From: Candidatus Binatia bacterium
GTDB lineage: Bacteria > Desulfobacterota > Binatia > Bin18
Assembly (NCBI GenBank): GCA_963664395.2
Contig: OY761159.2
Span: 160,001-224,000 of the forward strand
Reading direction: 5' to 3'
DNA length: 64,000 nucleotides
Both the position numbers and the translations under genes were made by a program. Below, piece after piece: positions 22,397-31,795 of this stretch (its first letter is position 1; every line of letters starts with the position of its first letter). The notes under the pieces are model-generated. The model had not been told where the DNA came from, did not search any database, and saw only the letters and a list, made by a program, of their open reading frames with translations.

Positions 22397-22500
22397 CTAT
22401 GCTGTATTCCTTTCGGTGACGAAGTCGCTCAAGTCGGCCTCGCGCGCTTCGATACGGTCGAACCATCCTTTTAGGTAAATGAGATCGTCGACATCAATGT
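22397..22500 (-). pseudogene. Possible glutathione S-transferase C-terminal remnant
   Basis: Minus frame reads IDVDDLIYLKGWFDRIEAREA, resembling the GST C-terminal L..W..RI..RP motif; no credible start. Confidence 0.35.
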
Positions 22501-22599
22501 TTCTCGTCGACACAGCGCTTGAAAATGGGGGCCGGTGATTCGTCAACGGTGAACGAGAATCATTTGTCACCGCCCCCCTTAGATAAGGCCCGTTGTGGG

Positions 22600-23352
22600 T
22601 TACAGCTCCAAGGGCATTTTGAAGTAGGTGTGCATGATCCGGTCGCGGTGTTCCAACAATATGGGATCGACCGCGGCGGTGACCTCGGCAGGCGTGTTCT
22701 CGAACATGGGCCGAATGGACAGGTCGAGCAAAATGTCTTCGGGCGATTGGAGGACAACGAAGTTACTAAACGCGGCCCAGTAAAAATCGGCGACCGTCAC
22801 GGCTTGTCCGATAATGTAATCGCTCCCGCGGGCTTTTTGCGCTTTTAGGGTCGCGGCGAGTTCGGTCATGAAGGCGATGACGCGCGGATTGGCCAGTTTC
22901 GCGTCCGCGTCGCGGTAGCCATATTTCAAACCGAATGCGGACGGTCCGGTTGCGTCATCAGCCGGACGCATCATGTCGAGCCGGCGGTTCCAGCCGAAAC
23001 CAAGCTCGCCGCAAATCTCGTGACCGATTCCAAATAATTGAACGCGCTCGGCTGCGTTTTCCGGCACGAGCGGCTTGTCCAGCGCGAGCCGTTCGAGCGA
23101 AAGCAAAATATCATCCCAACGGTTGATTGGTTTTTCATCGTTCCAGGCAACCACCGGCCCGCTGTTCGTACCCGACCACGCAAGCAGCTCCGGGTTTTCC
23201 GCCATCGGTTTTTGCGGCCCGAGCGTAAAGTCCAAGGACTTGTACTCCATCATCGCCTTAACAGCGACGCCCCAGGCACTGGGCATACCTTGCACTAAAA
23301 TAAGACGTAGGCCATTCGCATTGATGGCTTGATTGATGTCAACATAGGTCAT
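22600..23352 (-). CDS. Glutathione S-transferase-like protein
   Basis: PSAWG N-terminal motif and YIIGQAVTVADFYWA C-terminal motif; AGGAGG ribosome-binding site before MTYVDIN. Confidence 0.7.
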   Translation of the reverse strand: MTYVDINQAINANGLRLILVQGMPSAWGVAVKAMMEYKSLDFTLGPQKPMAENPELLAWSGTNSGPVVAWNDEKPINRWDDILLSLERLALDKPLVPENAAERVQLFGIGHEICGELGFGWNRRLDMMRPADDATGPSAFGLKYGYRDADAKLANPRVIAFMTELAATLKAQKARGSDYIIGQAVTVADFYWAAFSNFVVLQSPEDILLDLSIRPMFENTPAEVTAAVDPILLEHRDRIMHTYFKMPLEL

Positions 23353-23505
23353 TGCTTGTCTCCTCCTATCTTCGATTACGAAATCTTCCGCATCTCTCTT
23401 TAACGAAATTACAAGTCGCCCGCTACCCACGTCCGAACTTCACGTGTCGTGAGGTGAAAGGGGAATTCTCCTCAGGTCAGAGTTCGGGCGGTCGCGAGAG
23501 CCCCA

Positions 23506-23593
23506 CACAATCTTCAGCACGTTTTTGAGATACAAGTCGAACAGCTCCGGCTCTTTTTCATCCGCTGGCTGGAACGGCTGTTTCAGCGCGTTC
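23506..23593. repeat. Copy 2 of 88-bp diverged direct repeat (aarF remnant)
   Basis: Encodes NALKQPFQPADEKEPELFDLYLKNVLKIV versus NALKQPFQSADAKEQELFELHLKNALKIV in aarF. Confidence 0.9.
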
Positions 23594-24743
23594 GAAGCTC
23601 GTTCAAGAGCTCGGTGCGATGCCCATCAAGCTCAGGCGGTCCGCGGCGAATCGACGGAGCCGCTCCATTTATCCGCAAGGGTGAGGCGAAAGTCCGGGTG
23701 GTTGCACCGTTGGGGAGCGTTAAAGGTTGGACCCACCCCATCTCGACAACCTGCGCGTCTGACAATGCTTCAGCGTACGTGTTGGTGGGGCCACACGGGA
23801 CCCCCCGAGCTTCAAAGGTTTCAAGCCAGTCGGCCACCGTACGCGTGATGAACACCTTTTCGAGGATTTCTTTGAGCACCGTCTGGTTGGCAGCGCGATC
23901 GGTCGTCGTGAGAAACCGTGGATCGACAGCGAGGTCCGGCTGACCGACCTCCTCGCAGACGATCTGCCACAGCTTGTTATTACCGGCGGCAAGTACAAAA
24001 TTGCCATCCTTCGCCCGAAACAGATCATAGGGCGCATTACGGGGATGCGCCGCGCCGAGTTTCCGAGGATTCTTTCCAGTCCCAAAAAATTCGCTGGTTT
24101 GGAGGGCGGCGATGGCCATGCTCACGCCCATCATCGGGACGTCAATATGACCGCCAGGCTCACCCGCCCGGACTCGGGCCAGCAAGGACGAGACGGCAAA
24201 GGCGGCATACAGGCCGGCGGCAAAGTCCACTAACGGCACCCCGCATTTGACCGGGGCTCCATCCGGCTCGCCGGTCACGCTCATGATCCCCGCTATCGCC
24301 TGTATCGTGACATCGAAGCCACCCTGCTGGGCACGCGGGCCACTTTGCCCAAAGGCTGACAGTGAGCAGTAGATCAGCTGCGGCTGCGTCTCGGCGAAGT
24401 CCTCATAGCCGAGCCCGAGACGCTCCATCACTCCAGGCCGGTTGTTCTCGATCACAACATCCGCGCTCCGGACCAATCGGCACGCCACGTCGTTATCGGC
24501 CGCGTCTTTCAAATTCAACGCGATAGAGCGCTTATTGCGATTGAGTGAGGCAAAGTTCTCACTAAACCCGCCCGTTATCGGCGGCCATTGACGTAGGGCG
24601 TCACCTTGGCGTGGCTCAACCTTCACCACGTCCGCACCAAAATCCGCGAACAGCATGCCACAAAAGGGACCTGCCGCCACATTGCAAAACTCAATCACCC
24701 TGACATCCGCGAGGGGCCGCGTTGATCCTGCCGTGCGATTCAC
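23583..24743 (-). CDS. Class III CoA-transferase (CaiB/BaiF family)
   Basis: AGPFCG..ADFGADVVKVE, NRNKRS, ENNRPG and GVPLVD (catalytic Asp); GTG start after AGGAGG. Confidence 0.9.
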   Translation of the reverse strand: MNRTAGSTRPLADVRVIEFCNVAAGPFCGMLFADFGADVVKVEPRQGDALRQWPPITGGFSENFASLNRNKRSIALNLKDAADNDVACRLVRSADVVIENNRPGVMERLGLGYEDFAETQPQLIYCSLSAFGQSGPRAQQGGFDVTIQAIAGIMSVTGEPDGAPVKCGVPLVDFAAGLYAAFAVSSLLARVRAGEPGGHIDVPMMGVSMAIAALQTSEFFGTGKNPRKLGAAHPRNAPYDLFRAKDGNFVLAAGNNKLWQIVCEEVGQPDLAVDPRFLTTTDRAANQTVLKEILEKVFITRTVADWLETFEARGVPCGPTNTYAEALSDAQVVEMGWVQPLTLPNGATTRTFASPLRINGAAPSIRRGPPELDGHRTELLNELRTR

Positions 24744-24799
24744 TGCCTCTCTCCTCCTGACCCAACCGCACCTCAGCCGCGGTTGGTGAGATTCAGACT

Positions 24800-26008
24800 T
24801 CACGTTCCCCGTACCGCCTGCGCGCGGAGATGTTCACCCCCGCCCTTTGGCATGGCATGGCGCAAGTCGGCTTGCTGCATAAGGGGCAAAACAGTTGAGA
24901 TAAAATAATCGAGGTCCGGCCCGAAGTCGAAGAAATTGACCTGCACCCCGTCCACGCCAGCCTGACGCAGGCGGACGAACCACTCCACGATCATTTCCGG
25001 TGTCCCCACAAGATGGAGATTGCCGCCCACTGCCCACTCGAGCGCGCTATGCTGACGCCACGAAGACTGGTCCCCGCCCATGAAGGCGTTGAAGAAGTTT
25101 GCGACTGCCACCTCATCCCGTTCATCCCGAATCCGCTTATACCACGCCTGCGCCTCTTTCTCAGTTGGGCGACAAATCACATGCGGATTGACGAGAATCT
25201 TGACCTCTCGGCCCTTTTTCCGGGCGTGCGTCTTGATAGGCACAATGCGCTGGGGTAAGGACGCGCAAGCCTTGTCCGGATCGGCTCCCGTGGGCGCAGT
25301 CGCAAAGATGATATCCGCGTGACTGGTGGCATAGTCCATACCCGCCGGCGACGAGCCGGCACTGACCAGGACGGGTAAGCCATTCACGGGTTTGGGCGCA
25401 ACAAAAGCGCCGGCCGTCTTATACCACTCGCCGGTATAATCGAGGTTTTTATCCTCAGTCCACAGTCGCTTCATCACCGTCGTGAATTCATCCGCCATGG
25501 CGTAGCGTTGATTGTGCGGGAATGCTGCCTGGCCAAACATAGCGGCTTCGTCCGGTCGATAGCCGGTCACGACATTCAGACCCCAGCGGCCATGACTGAT
25601 ATGGTCGATGACGGCTCCATATTTAGCAATATGTAAGGGATGCCAGCCGTAGAGGACATGGATCGTTGATATGAGCAGGACATTGTGGGTCAGCGGTGCG
25701 AGGGCGGCACTGGTGATAAAGGGATCAATGGAGTGCTCACGAAAATGAATGTCACCACCATAGCCGCCTTTGCCAAGCCAGGTGGCCAGGGCAAAGATGA
25801 GGTCAAAGCCGGCCTCATCAACCCGGACTGCGAGTTCGGCATTATACTCAAAGGTCCACGAGGTCTTCCGGGGAGCTTTCGATGGTGTCCACGCGCCTTG
25901 TTGGTGGGGCATGAACAGTCCGAGCATAAGCGGTTGGCGGACCGCTCGCTCAAACGAGGTGAGGCCATCGAGCGGTTGCAGATGGGGTGCGGAGCTGATG
26001 CGTGTCAT
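24800..26008 (-). CDS. LLM class flavin-dependent monooxygenase (SsuD/RutA/SfnG-like)
   Basis: GFDLIF, WHPLHIAK..IDHISHGRWGLNVVTG and SAGSSPAG motifs. Confidence 0.85.
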   Translation of the reverse strand: MTRISSAPHLQPLDGLTSFERAVRQPLMLGLFMPHQQGAWTPSKAPRKTSWTFEYNAELAVRVDEAGFDLIFALATWLGKGGYGGDIHFREHSIDPFITSAALAPLTHNVLLISTIHVLYGWHPLHIAKYGAVIDHISHGRWGLNVVTGYRPDEAAMFGQAAFPHNQRYAMADEFTTVMKRLWTEDKNLDYTGEWYKTAGAFVAPKPVNGLPVLVSAGSSPAGMDYATSHADIIFATAPTGADPDKACASLPQRIVPIKTHARKKGREVKILVNPHVICRPTEKEAQAWYKRIRDERDEVAVANFFNAFMGGDQSSWRQHSALEWAVGGNLHLVGTPEMIVEWFVRLRQAGVDGVQVNFFDFGPDLDYFISTVLPLMQQADLRHAMPKGGGEHLRAQAVRGT

Positions 26009-26096
26009 GGCTCTCTCAGCCTGCAAGCAGGGTACGGGCTTCGGTGGTTTTGCCCGGCAACTGCCGTCACCCGGCCTAGGCCACGCAGACCCGTCT

Positions 26097-27320
26097 CTAG
26101 TCGTCGTCCGAAGTCGCTGCGTCCAGCTCGGGCAGCACCTCAGTCATGAACACACCCAGTTCCTCCAGCATGAGTTCTTTGGGACAGTGCGCGTAGTGCC
26201 AGATGAGCGTGATGTACTCGCACGGCAGCGAGGCGTAGATATGGCGCCATTCCGTTTTCAGCTGCTCCACCGTGCCGCCCAGAAAAATACCACTGTCCTT
26301 CATGCCCTGGAGCGTGGCCGCTTGGGTGTCGAACTTGGGGATGCCGTCGTAGAACGTCGAGTAGTGTTGGACCCACATTTCGTAATCGTAGCGCAGCAAC
26401 TTGTCGGTAAATTCCTGTTCGTCGCGCCCGAGATGAATCCAACGCGCAATATTCTGTCGGGCCCCCAGCGGATAATCCGTGCCGGCCGCCCGCCCCTCTT
26501 CAACATACAGCCTGGCGAAGTTCACCAGGGTATCGAGGGCCGTGAAATAGGTCGGCCGAAAACCATGCTGGGCCAGAAAGGGAACCGAGGCGGCACTGCC
26601 GCTCATCGGGACGAACACCCGCGGATAGGGGTCGCTATACGGGCTCGGCACCACGCTCACCCGGCGAATGGCTCCGTCGGGTCCGAGTTCCCCCGGTGCG
26701 CCGGCAGCCTCGATACTCTTGCGTGCCGGATAGCCCCGCACACCGGTTTCGTACGGATACGGAATCTCGTAATGAGGCTGCTTGGTCTCCACGGATTCCT
26801 GCTGCCAGCACTGGAGCAATATGCGCGTACTCTCCTCGAACATCTCACGGTTGCGCGTGTCCGCCGCGCTGCCGTCCGACACGGTCGCCACGGCCCGGAC
26901 ATGCTGCCCCAGGATGTCCATCCAGCGAGACTGGTAGCCGCGCGTCAGACCCACAAAGAAACGGCCCTGGGTCATGTGATCGAGGATGGCGGTTTCCTCT
27001 GCCACCCGAATCGGATCGCGGGTCGCCATCACGTAGCCGAGGGCACCGACATAGGCATGCTTCACCTGACTCGCCCACCACGCATTCAGGACTCCGGGGT
27101 TCGGACCCACCTCGTACCCCTCGGAATGCAGGTGGTGCTCGATGGTACTGATGCCCCACACACCCATTTCGTCGAGCTGTTTCACCAGGTCGAAGGTCTC
27201 ATGCAGCACCTGATGGTACACGTCACGATTGCGCCCCAGCGGGCGCTTGCGCTCGCGGTCGGCACGGTCCTCGGCCGGAAGCACGGGATAGATTTGCACG
27301 ATCACTTTTGGTGTTGCCAC
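26097..27320 (-). CDS. LLM class flavin-dependent oxidoreductase
   Basis: EHHLHSEG, DPIRVAEETAILDHMTQGRF and GLTRGYQ; GTG start after AAGGAG. Confidence 0.85.
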   Translation of the reverse strand: MATPKVIVQIYPVLPAEDRADRERKRPLGRNRDVYHQVLHETFDLVKQLDEMGVWGISTIEHHLHSEGYEVGPNPGVLNAWWASQVKHAYVGALGYVMATRDPIRVAEETAILDHMTQGRFFVGLTRGYQSRWMDILGQHVRAVATVSDGSAADTRNREMFEESTRILLQCWQQESVETKQPHYEIPYPYETGVRGYPARKSIEAAGAPGELGPDGAIRRVSVVPSPYSDPYPRVFVPMSGSAASVPFLAQHGFRPTYFTALDTLVNFARLYVEEGRAAGTDYPLGARQNIARWIHLGRDEQEFTDKLLRYDYEMWVQHYSTFYDGIPKFDTQAATLQGMKDSGIFLGGTVEQLKTEWRHIYASLPCEYITLIWHYAHCPKELMLEELGVFMTEVLPELDAATSDDD

Positions 27321-27500
27321 GCTGTTCTCCTTTGGGCGGTCGGCGTCCCGCCTACGGCAGGCGTACACACCCAGTTCCGAGGCGGTGACCGAGGGTTCGC
27401 GCGTCACCTCCCAACGAGGTGGCCAACCACGCAACATTCCTCTATAGCCAGGGGTATCATACCCCAGCCGTGTTCCATAGCAAGAAGGTGAGAGGTACCC

Positions 27501-29429
27501 ATGAGATTAGAGATTCAACGGGTTGAAAACGTATTTGAAGATATGTCCTTCGGGAGCGCCGGTCCGTACGAGAAAATAGTCGGGCGGGCCTATGGCGAGG
27601 TCGATCCCACCAATCCACTCAATCAAGATATCGTTAATCTCGACAAGGCGCCGGCGAATACCAGGGGCAGGGTCGAATACGCGGTGGATTTCTGCGTGCT
27701 CAAACCCACCGACCTCGGCAAGAGTAATCGGCGCATTTTGTACGACACCCCCAATCGGGGTGACAAGCTGGCCCTGATTGACATCAACGACGCCCAGAAG
27801 GGTCCGACTTTCAACGACCCGGTCAGCGCAGCGGACGCCGGTAACGGCTTTCTCATGCGACAGGGGTATGTGCTGGTTTTCAGCGCCTGGCAGGGTGACG
27901 CGCAGCCGGGCGAGGGACATATGCTCGCCGAGTTTCCAGTCGCCACCAATAAGGGCGCTCCCATCGTCGGCGACTCGCGCGAGGAAATGATTTTCGGCCA
28001 TACCGATAGCCCGGCCGTACTGCCGCTCACGTATCCGGCGCATTCCTTGGATCAGAGCGCCGCGACGCTGACCGTCAGGCTGTATGAAGCAGACGCGCGC
28101 CTACCCGTTCCTGCCGAGCGCTGGCGGTATGTCTCACCCCGGCAGATCGAAATCGACCTGGTTGAGGGCTTTGATGCCGGTGCCATATACGAGTTCATTT
28201 ACCCGGCGTGTGACCCCATTGTCATGGGCCTCGGTTTTGTAGCGGTGCGTGACTTTGTGACCTATATGCGCTCTACCGAGCCGGACGCCGCCGGCCAGCC
28301 TCACCCGCTGAGCCCCGACCCCAGCGCACCGGCTATCGATCATGTGATTGCCTATGGACGCTCACAGCCCGGCCGCTTTTTGCGTGAGTTTGTCCGCCTG
28401 GGGTTTAACCAAGACCTGAATGGCGGCAGGGTCTTCGATGGCATCTATGCCAGTATCGCCGGGTCACGGCGTATTTTCCTGAACGCACCGTTTGCGCAGC
28501 CGGGTCGCTTTCACCGCCAACAGGAAGACCACCTGTATCCGGGCGATCAGTTTCCGTTCAGCTATGCGACCCGGACGGATTCGGTCAGTGGCAGGACCGA
28601 TGGCATCCTGGCCCGCAGCCTGGCGTCCGACACCTGCCCCAAGATTATACACGTCGATTCGAGCACCGAATTCTGGCTGGGGCGCAGTTCGCTGGTGGTG
28701 ACCGACGAACACGGCGCGGACATCGAAATCCCGGGGGAGGTGCGGGTCTTTCTGTTCTCAGGCACGGGCCATGCCGGGCCGATTATGCTGAACCACGCCG
28801 CCGTATTCTCTCAGAATCCGGCCTATGCCATGAACTTCTTGAACTATAATCCGCTGAATCGTTCGCTCCTGGTTGCCCTGGACCAATGGGCCACTCAGGG
28901 CATACCACCGCCGGACAGTCGTGTCCCGCGTTCGGGCGACGGCACCCTTGCTCGCCCAGCGCCCCAGGCTGCGACCGGGTTTCCGACCATCCCGGGCGTC
29001 CGTCACCCGGAGCGGGTGAACGAGTTGTCGGTAATGGATTACAGCCAGCAGCCACCCACGCCCGTACCCGGCAAAGCCTATCGCGTGTTGGTGCCCAAGG
29101 TTGATGCGGACGGCAATGAGCTGGCCGGTATCCGCCTGCCCGCTATCAGCGTCCCGCTCGGTACGCATACCGGCTGGAATCTCCGTGGGGCCGGATTCTC
29201 TCCGGGCGCGCTCATGCTGGTGGGCTCGTATTTCCCGTTTGCGGCGACCAAAGAGGAACGACAGGCCAACGGCGACCCCCGGCCCTCGTTGGAAGAGCGC
29301 TATCTCAGCCATGACGCCTACGTCGCCGCGGTCAGCCGCGCTGCCGCCGAGCTACAGGAGGCGCGCTTGCTGCTCGCCGAAGACGCGGAGCGCTCCGTTG
29401 CCGCGGCCAAAGCCGCTGCAATAGGCTAG
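27501..29429 (+). CDS. Alpha/beta hydrolase domain protein (Abhydrolase_10-like)
   Basis: GRSQPGRFL nucleophile elbow; VDADGNELAGIRLP and DPRPSLEERY family motifs. Confidence 0.75.
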   Translation: MRLEIQRVENVFEDMSFGSAGPYEKIVGRAYGEVDPTNPLNQDIVNLDKAPANTRGRVEYAVDFCVLKPTDLGKSNRRILYDTPNRGDKLALIDINDAQKGPTFNDPVSAADAGNGFLMRQGYVLVFSAWQGDAQPGEGHMLAEFPVATNKGAPIVGDSREEMIFGHTDSPAVLPLTYPAHSLDQSAATLTVRLYEADARLPVPAERWRYVSPRQIEIDLVEGFDAGAIYEFIYPACDPIVMGLGFVAVRDFVTYMRSTEPDAAGQPHPLSPDPSAPAIDHVIAYGRSQPGRFLREFVRLGFNQDLNGGRVFDGIYASIAGSRRIFLNAPFAQPGRFHRQQEDHLYPGDQFPFSYATRTDSVSGRTDGILARSLASDTCPKIIHVDSSTEFWLGRSSLVVTDEHGADIEIPGEVRVFLFSGTGHAGPIMLNHAAVFSQNPAYAMNFLNYNPLNRSLLVALDQWATQGIPPPDSRVPRSGDGTLARPAPQAATGFPTIPGVRHPERVNELSVMDYSQQPPTPVPGKAYRVLVPKVDADGNELAGIRLPAISVPLGTHTGWNLRGAGFSPGALMLVGSYFPFAATKEERQANGDPRPSLEERYLSHDAYVAAVSRAAAELQEARLLLAEDAERSVAAAKAAAIG

Positions 29430-29459
29430 AGCGCCGGACGGACGAGCAGGGAGGTAGGC

Positions 29460-30470
29460 ATGCCAGCCGAGCACGAGAAGCTGTGGGACTATGACGCGGT
29501 GGCCGTCGGTCAGACCGGAACCGAGACCACGGTCATCCTCACCCTGGACATACTGCGCGAGTACTCCCGGGCCACCCAACATGCCCGGGGGGCGGAACTG
29601 GATCAGACTAACGATGCGACAACCCCCGCCGCAGTCCTGGCCATGCCCAGCATGGTGTTGGCCTACGCGCCGCTGTTGCGCTACGACTTGGCCGAGAACA
29701 ACGGTTTTGTGGCGCTCGAAGACGCCAAGACCGCGCGCCGCCAGACGCCGTTTGCCAAGTGCGATATTCGGTGGCATGCGCCGGTCGTGGTCGGTGATTG
29801 CATCACCGCCAGCCGTCGGGTCCTGGACAAGTATGAACGCCGTGGCAGCAAGTTTGTGACCTTTCGCGTGGAAGCGGTCAACCAGCGCGGGGTCAGGGTC
29901 GCCGACTATGACTACACCTGCATCTTCGCCTATGCCCAGGGACAGAAGACCGTCCCCGCCTCGGGGGAGGCCGAGACGGAGGGAACTCCAGTCAAGCCCG
30001 GACAGCCCGTAGCCGAAGCGCGTCGGGTACTGACGGCCGAGCAGGCCACGGTGGGTACCACGCTGCCGGCGCTCCAGGTCACGGAGAGTCAGGACACGAT
30101 TCTGGGCTATAACAACGTCCAGCTAGCGGGCCGGCTCATGACGAGCAATATCCATACGGATGAGGAGTTTGCGCGCCACAACATTTTTGGCGGGGCCGTC
30201 AACGCCGGGCCCGCCACCCTGTCCTACGTGGAGCAGATGCTCAGCCTGTCGTTTCCACTGTCCGCGTTTTACGCCGGCGGCCGCCTGCTCATGCGCGCTA
30301 TCGAGCCGTTTCGGGCCGGACAGGTAGTGACCCTGCGGGGCGAGGTGGTGGCGGTACAAGCCAGAGGGGATCACCATCAGGTCGGCTGTAGCGTGCGCGG
30401 TACCAATCAACTGGGCTCACTCGTGTGCCTGGCCGAGGCCACCTTGAACCTCCCCCCTACGGAGGAGTAG
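29460..30470 (+). CDS. Double hotdog-fold (MaoC-like) dehydratase
   Basis: Two hotdog halves (VLDKYERRG; NIHTDEEFAR..FGG). Confidence 0.7.
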   Translation: MPAEHEKLWDYDAVAVGQTGTETTVILTLDILREYSRATQHARGAELDQTNDATTPAAVLAMPSMVLAYAPLLRYDLAENNGFVALEDAKTARRQTPFAKCDIRWHAPVVVGDCITASRRVLDKYERRGSKFVTFRVEAVNQRGVRVADYDYTCIFAYAQGQKTVPASGEAETEGTPVKPGQPVAEARRVLTAEQATVGTTLPALQVTESQDTILGYNNVQLAGRLMTSNIHTDEEFARHNIFGGAVNAGPATLSYVEQMLSLSFPLSAFYAGGRLLMRAIEPFRAGQVVTLRGEVVAVQARGDHHQVGCSVRGTNQLGSLVCLAEATLNLPPTEE

Positions 30471-30482
30471 GGCATCGTCACT

Positions 30483-30974
30483 ATGCAAAAAGACTTTGGA
30501 GCAGCCTTTGCGTCGATTGGGGATAAAACGTTTACGGCAAAATATCATGCCAGTTGCTATTGTCAGGCTGTCCAATACGAAGTGAGCGCAGATCCGGTGG
30601 ACGCGAAAATCTGTCACTGCGTGGAATGCCAGAAGCTGCACGGCGCGCCCATGCAGTGGGCCGCCATTTTTCACAAACGCCACGTGCGCATTACGCACGG
30701 CATCGCTCAGCTCCGCTTCTACAACAGCGAGCGGCAGCAGTATGAACGCATTCTCCCCTGCAAAGTCAGCTGTGTCGGGTGTGGAACGCTGATTGCGGAT
30801 GAGGGGCGTAAGATGTGGCTGGCGTTTCCCTCTCTGTTTGATTTTGGGCGCCCGCCTCAGGTGCCAACAAGTTTCAAACCCACGTGTCATATTTTCTATG
30901 GGATGCGGGTAATGGATATGCCCGATGAGCTGCCGAAGTGGGCGGGCCATAAGAATAAGTCCGTTCAATTGTAA
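30483..30974 (+). CDS. GFA family protein (glutathione-dependent formaldehyde-activating-like)
   Basis: CYC, CHCVECQK, CVGCGT and HIFY motifs. Confidence 0.88.
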   Translation: MQKDFGAAFASIGDKTFTAKYHASCYCQAVQYEVSADPVDAKICHCVECQKLHGAPMQWAAIFHKRHVRITHGIAQLRFYNSERQQYERILPCKVSCVGCGTLIADEGRKMWLAFPSLFDFGRPPQVPTSFKPTCHIFYGMRVMDMPDELPKWAGHKNKSVQL

Positions 30975-31030
30975 CCAGAAGATTTGCTATTGGACCAGCG
31001 GACGCAATCAAGAGGTCGTGTGTTCAACCC

Positions 31031-31795
31031 TTAGTCGGCTTGCTCGGCGTGTGGCCGATTGATCAACGTGGCTGCGGCGGCCGCACCAAATCCGTTATCG
31101 ATATTCACCACGGTCACACCCGCCGCACACGAATTGAGCATAGCCAAGAGGGCGGCGACGCCACCGAAACTGGCGCCATAGCCGATGCTTGTTGGGACCG
31201 CGATGATGGGCCGATCAACCAGCCCGCCAATAACACTCGGCAGCGCGCCTTCCATACCGGCCACCACAATTAAGACCGACGCAGCCATGAGCTGATCCAG
31301 ATTATCAAACAAGCGGTGAATACCTGCGACGCCGACATCGTATAAACGCTCGACTTTGTTCCCGAGCCACTCGGCTGAAATCACCGCCTCTTCGGCAACC
31401 GGAATATCCGCAGTGCCAGCCGCGATCACCAGGATGGACAACCGCGTGCGGGGAATCGGCTGTTTGCCCAGGGCTCCGATGCGCGCCTCCGGATAGTACA
31501 CCAGGGCGGGCAGGGAGATTTTGATCTCCTGCGCCTTGTTTTCATCCAGACGCGTAATCAGGGCCGGCTGTCCGTTCTCAACCAGACGTGAGGCAATCGC
31601 GGCAATCTGCTGACTCGTTTTTCCCGGCCCCCAAATGACCTCGGGAAAGCCTTTGCGGAGCGCTCGGTGGTGGTCGATTCGGGCAAAGCCGAGATCTTCA
31701 AAAGGCAGGTGTTTGAGCCGTTCAAGTGCTTGCTCGACCGGCAACACCCCCTGTTGCACTTGGGTGAGCATTTCAGCCAAGCGGTCTGGTGTCAT
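31031..31795 (-). CDS. larB: Nickel pincer cofactor biosynthesis protein LarB (PurE-like)
   Basis: AGTADIPVAEE, DVGVAGIHRL, AGMEGAL and VVNIDNGFGA motifs. Confidence 0.9.
   Translation of the reverse strand: MTPDRLAEMLTQVQQGVLPVEQALERLKHLPFEDLGFARIDHHRALRKGFPEVIWGPGKTSQQIAAIASRLVENGQPALITRLDENKAQEIKISLPALVYYPEARIGALGKQPIPRTRLSILVIAAGTADIPVAEEAVISAEWLGNKVERLYDVGVAGIHRLFDNLDQLMAASVLIVVAGMEGALPSVIGGLVDRPIIAVPTSIGYGASFGGVAALLAMLNSCAAGVTVVNIDNGFGAAAAATLINRPHAEQAD

Noticed and set aside
19477-23593. 88-bp repeat pair as a diversity-generating retroelement TR/VR
   Set aside because: Mismatches are not adenine-specific on either strand, the target is a gene 5' region, and no reverse transcriptase is in the window
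25770-27491. 573-aa plus-strand ORF
   Set aside because: Antisense shadow of two LLM genes in GC-rich DNA, with no recognisable motifs
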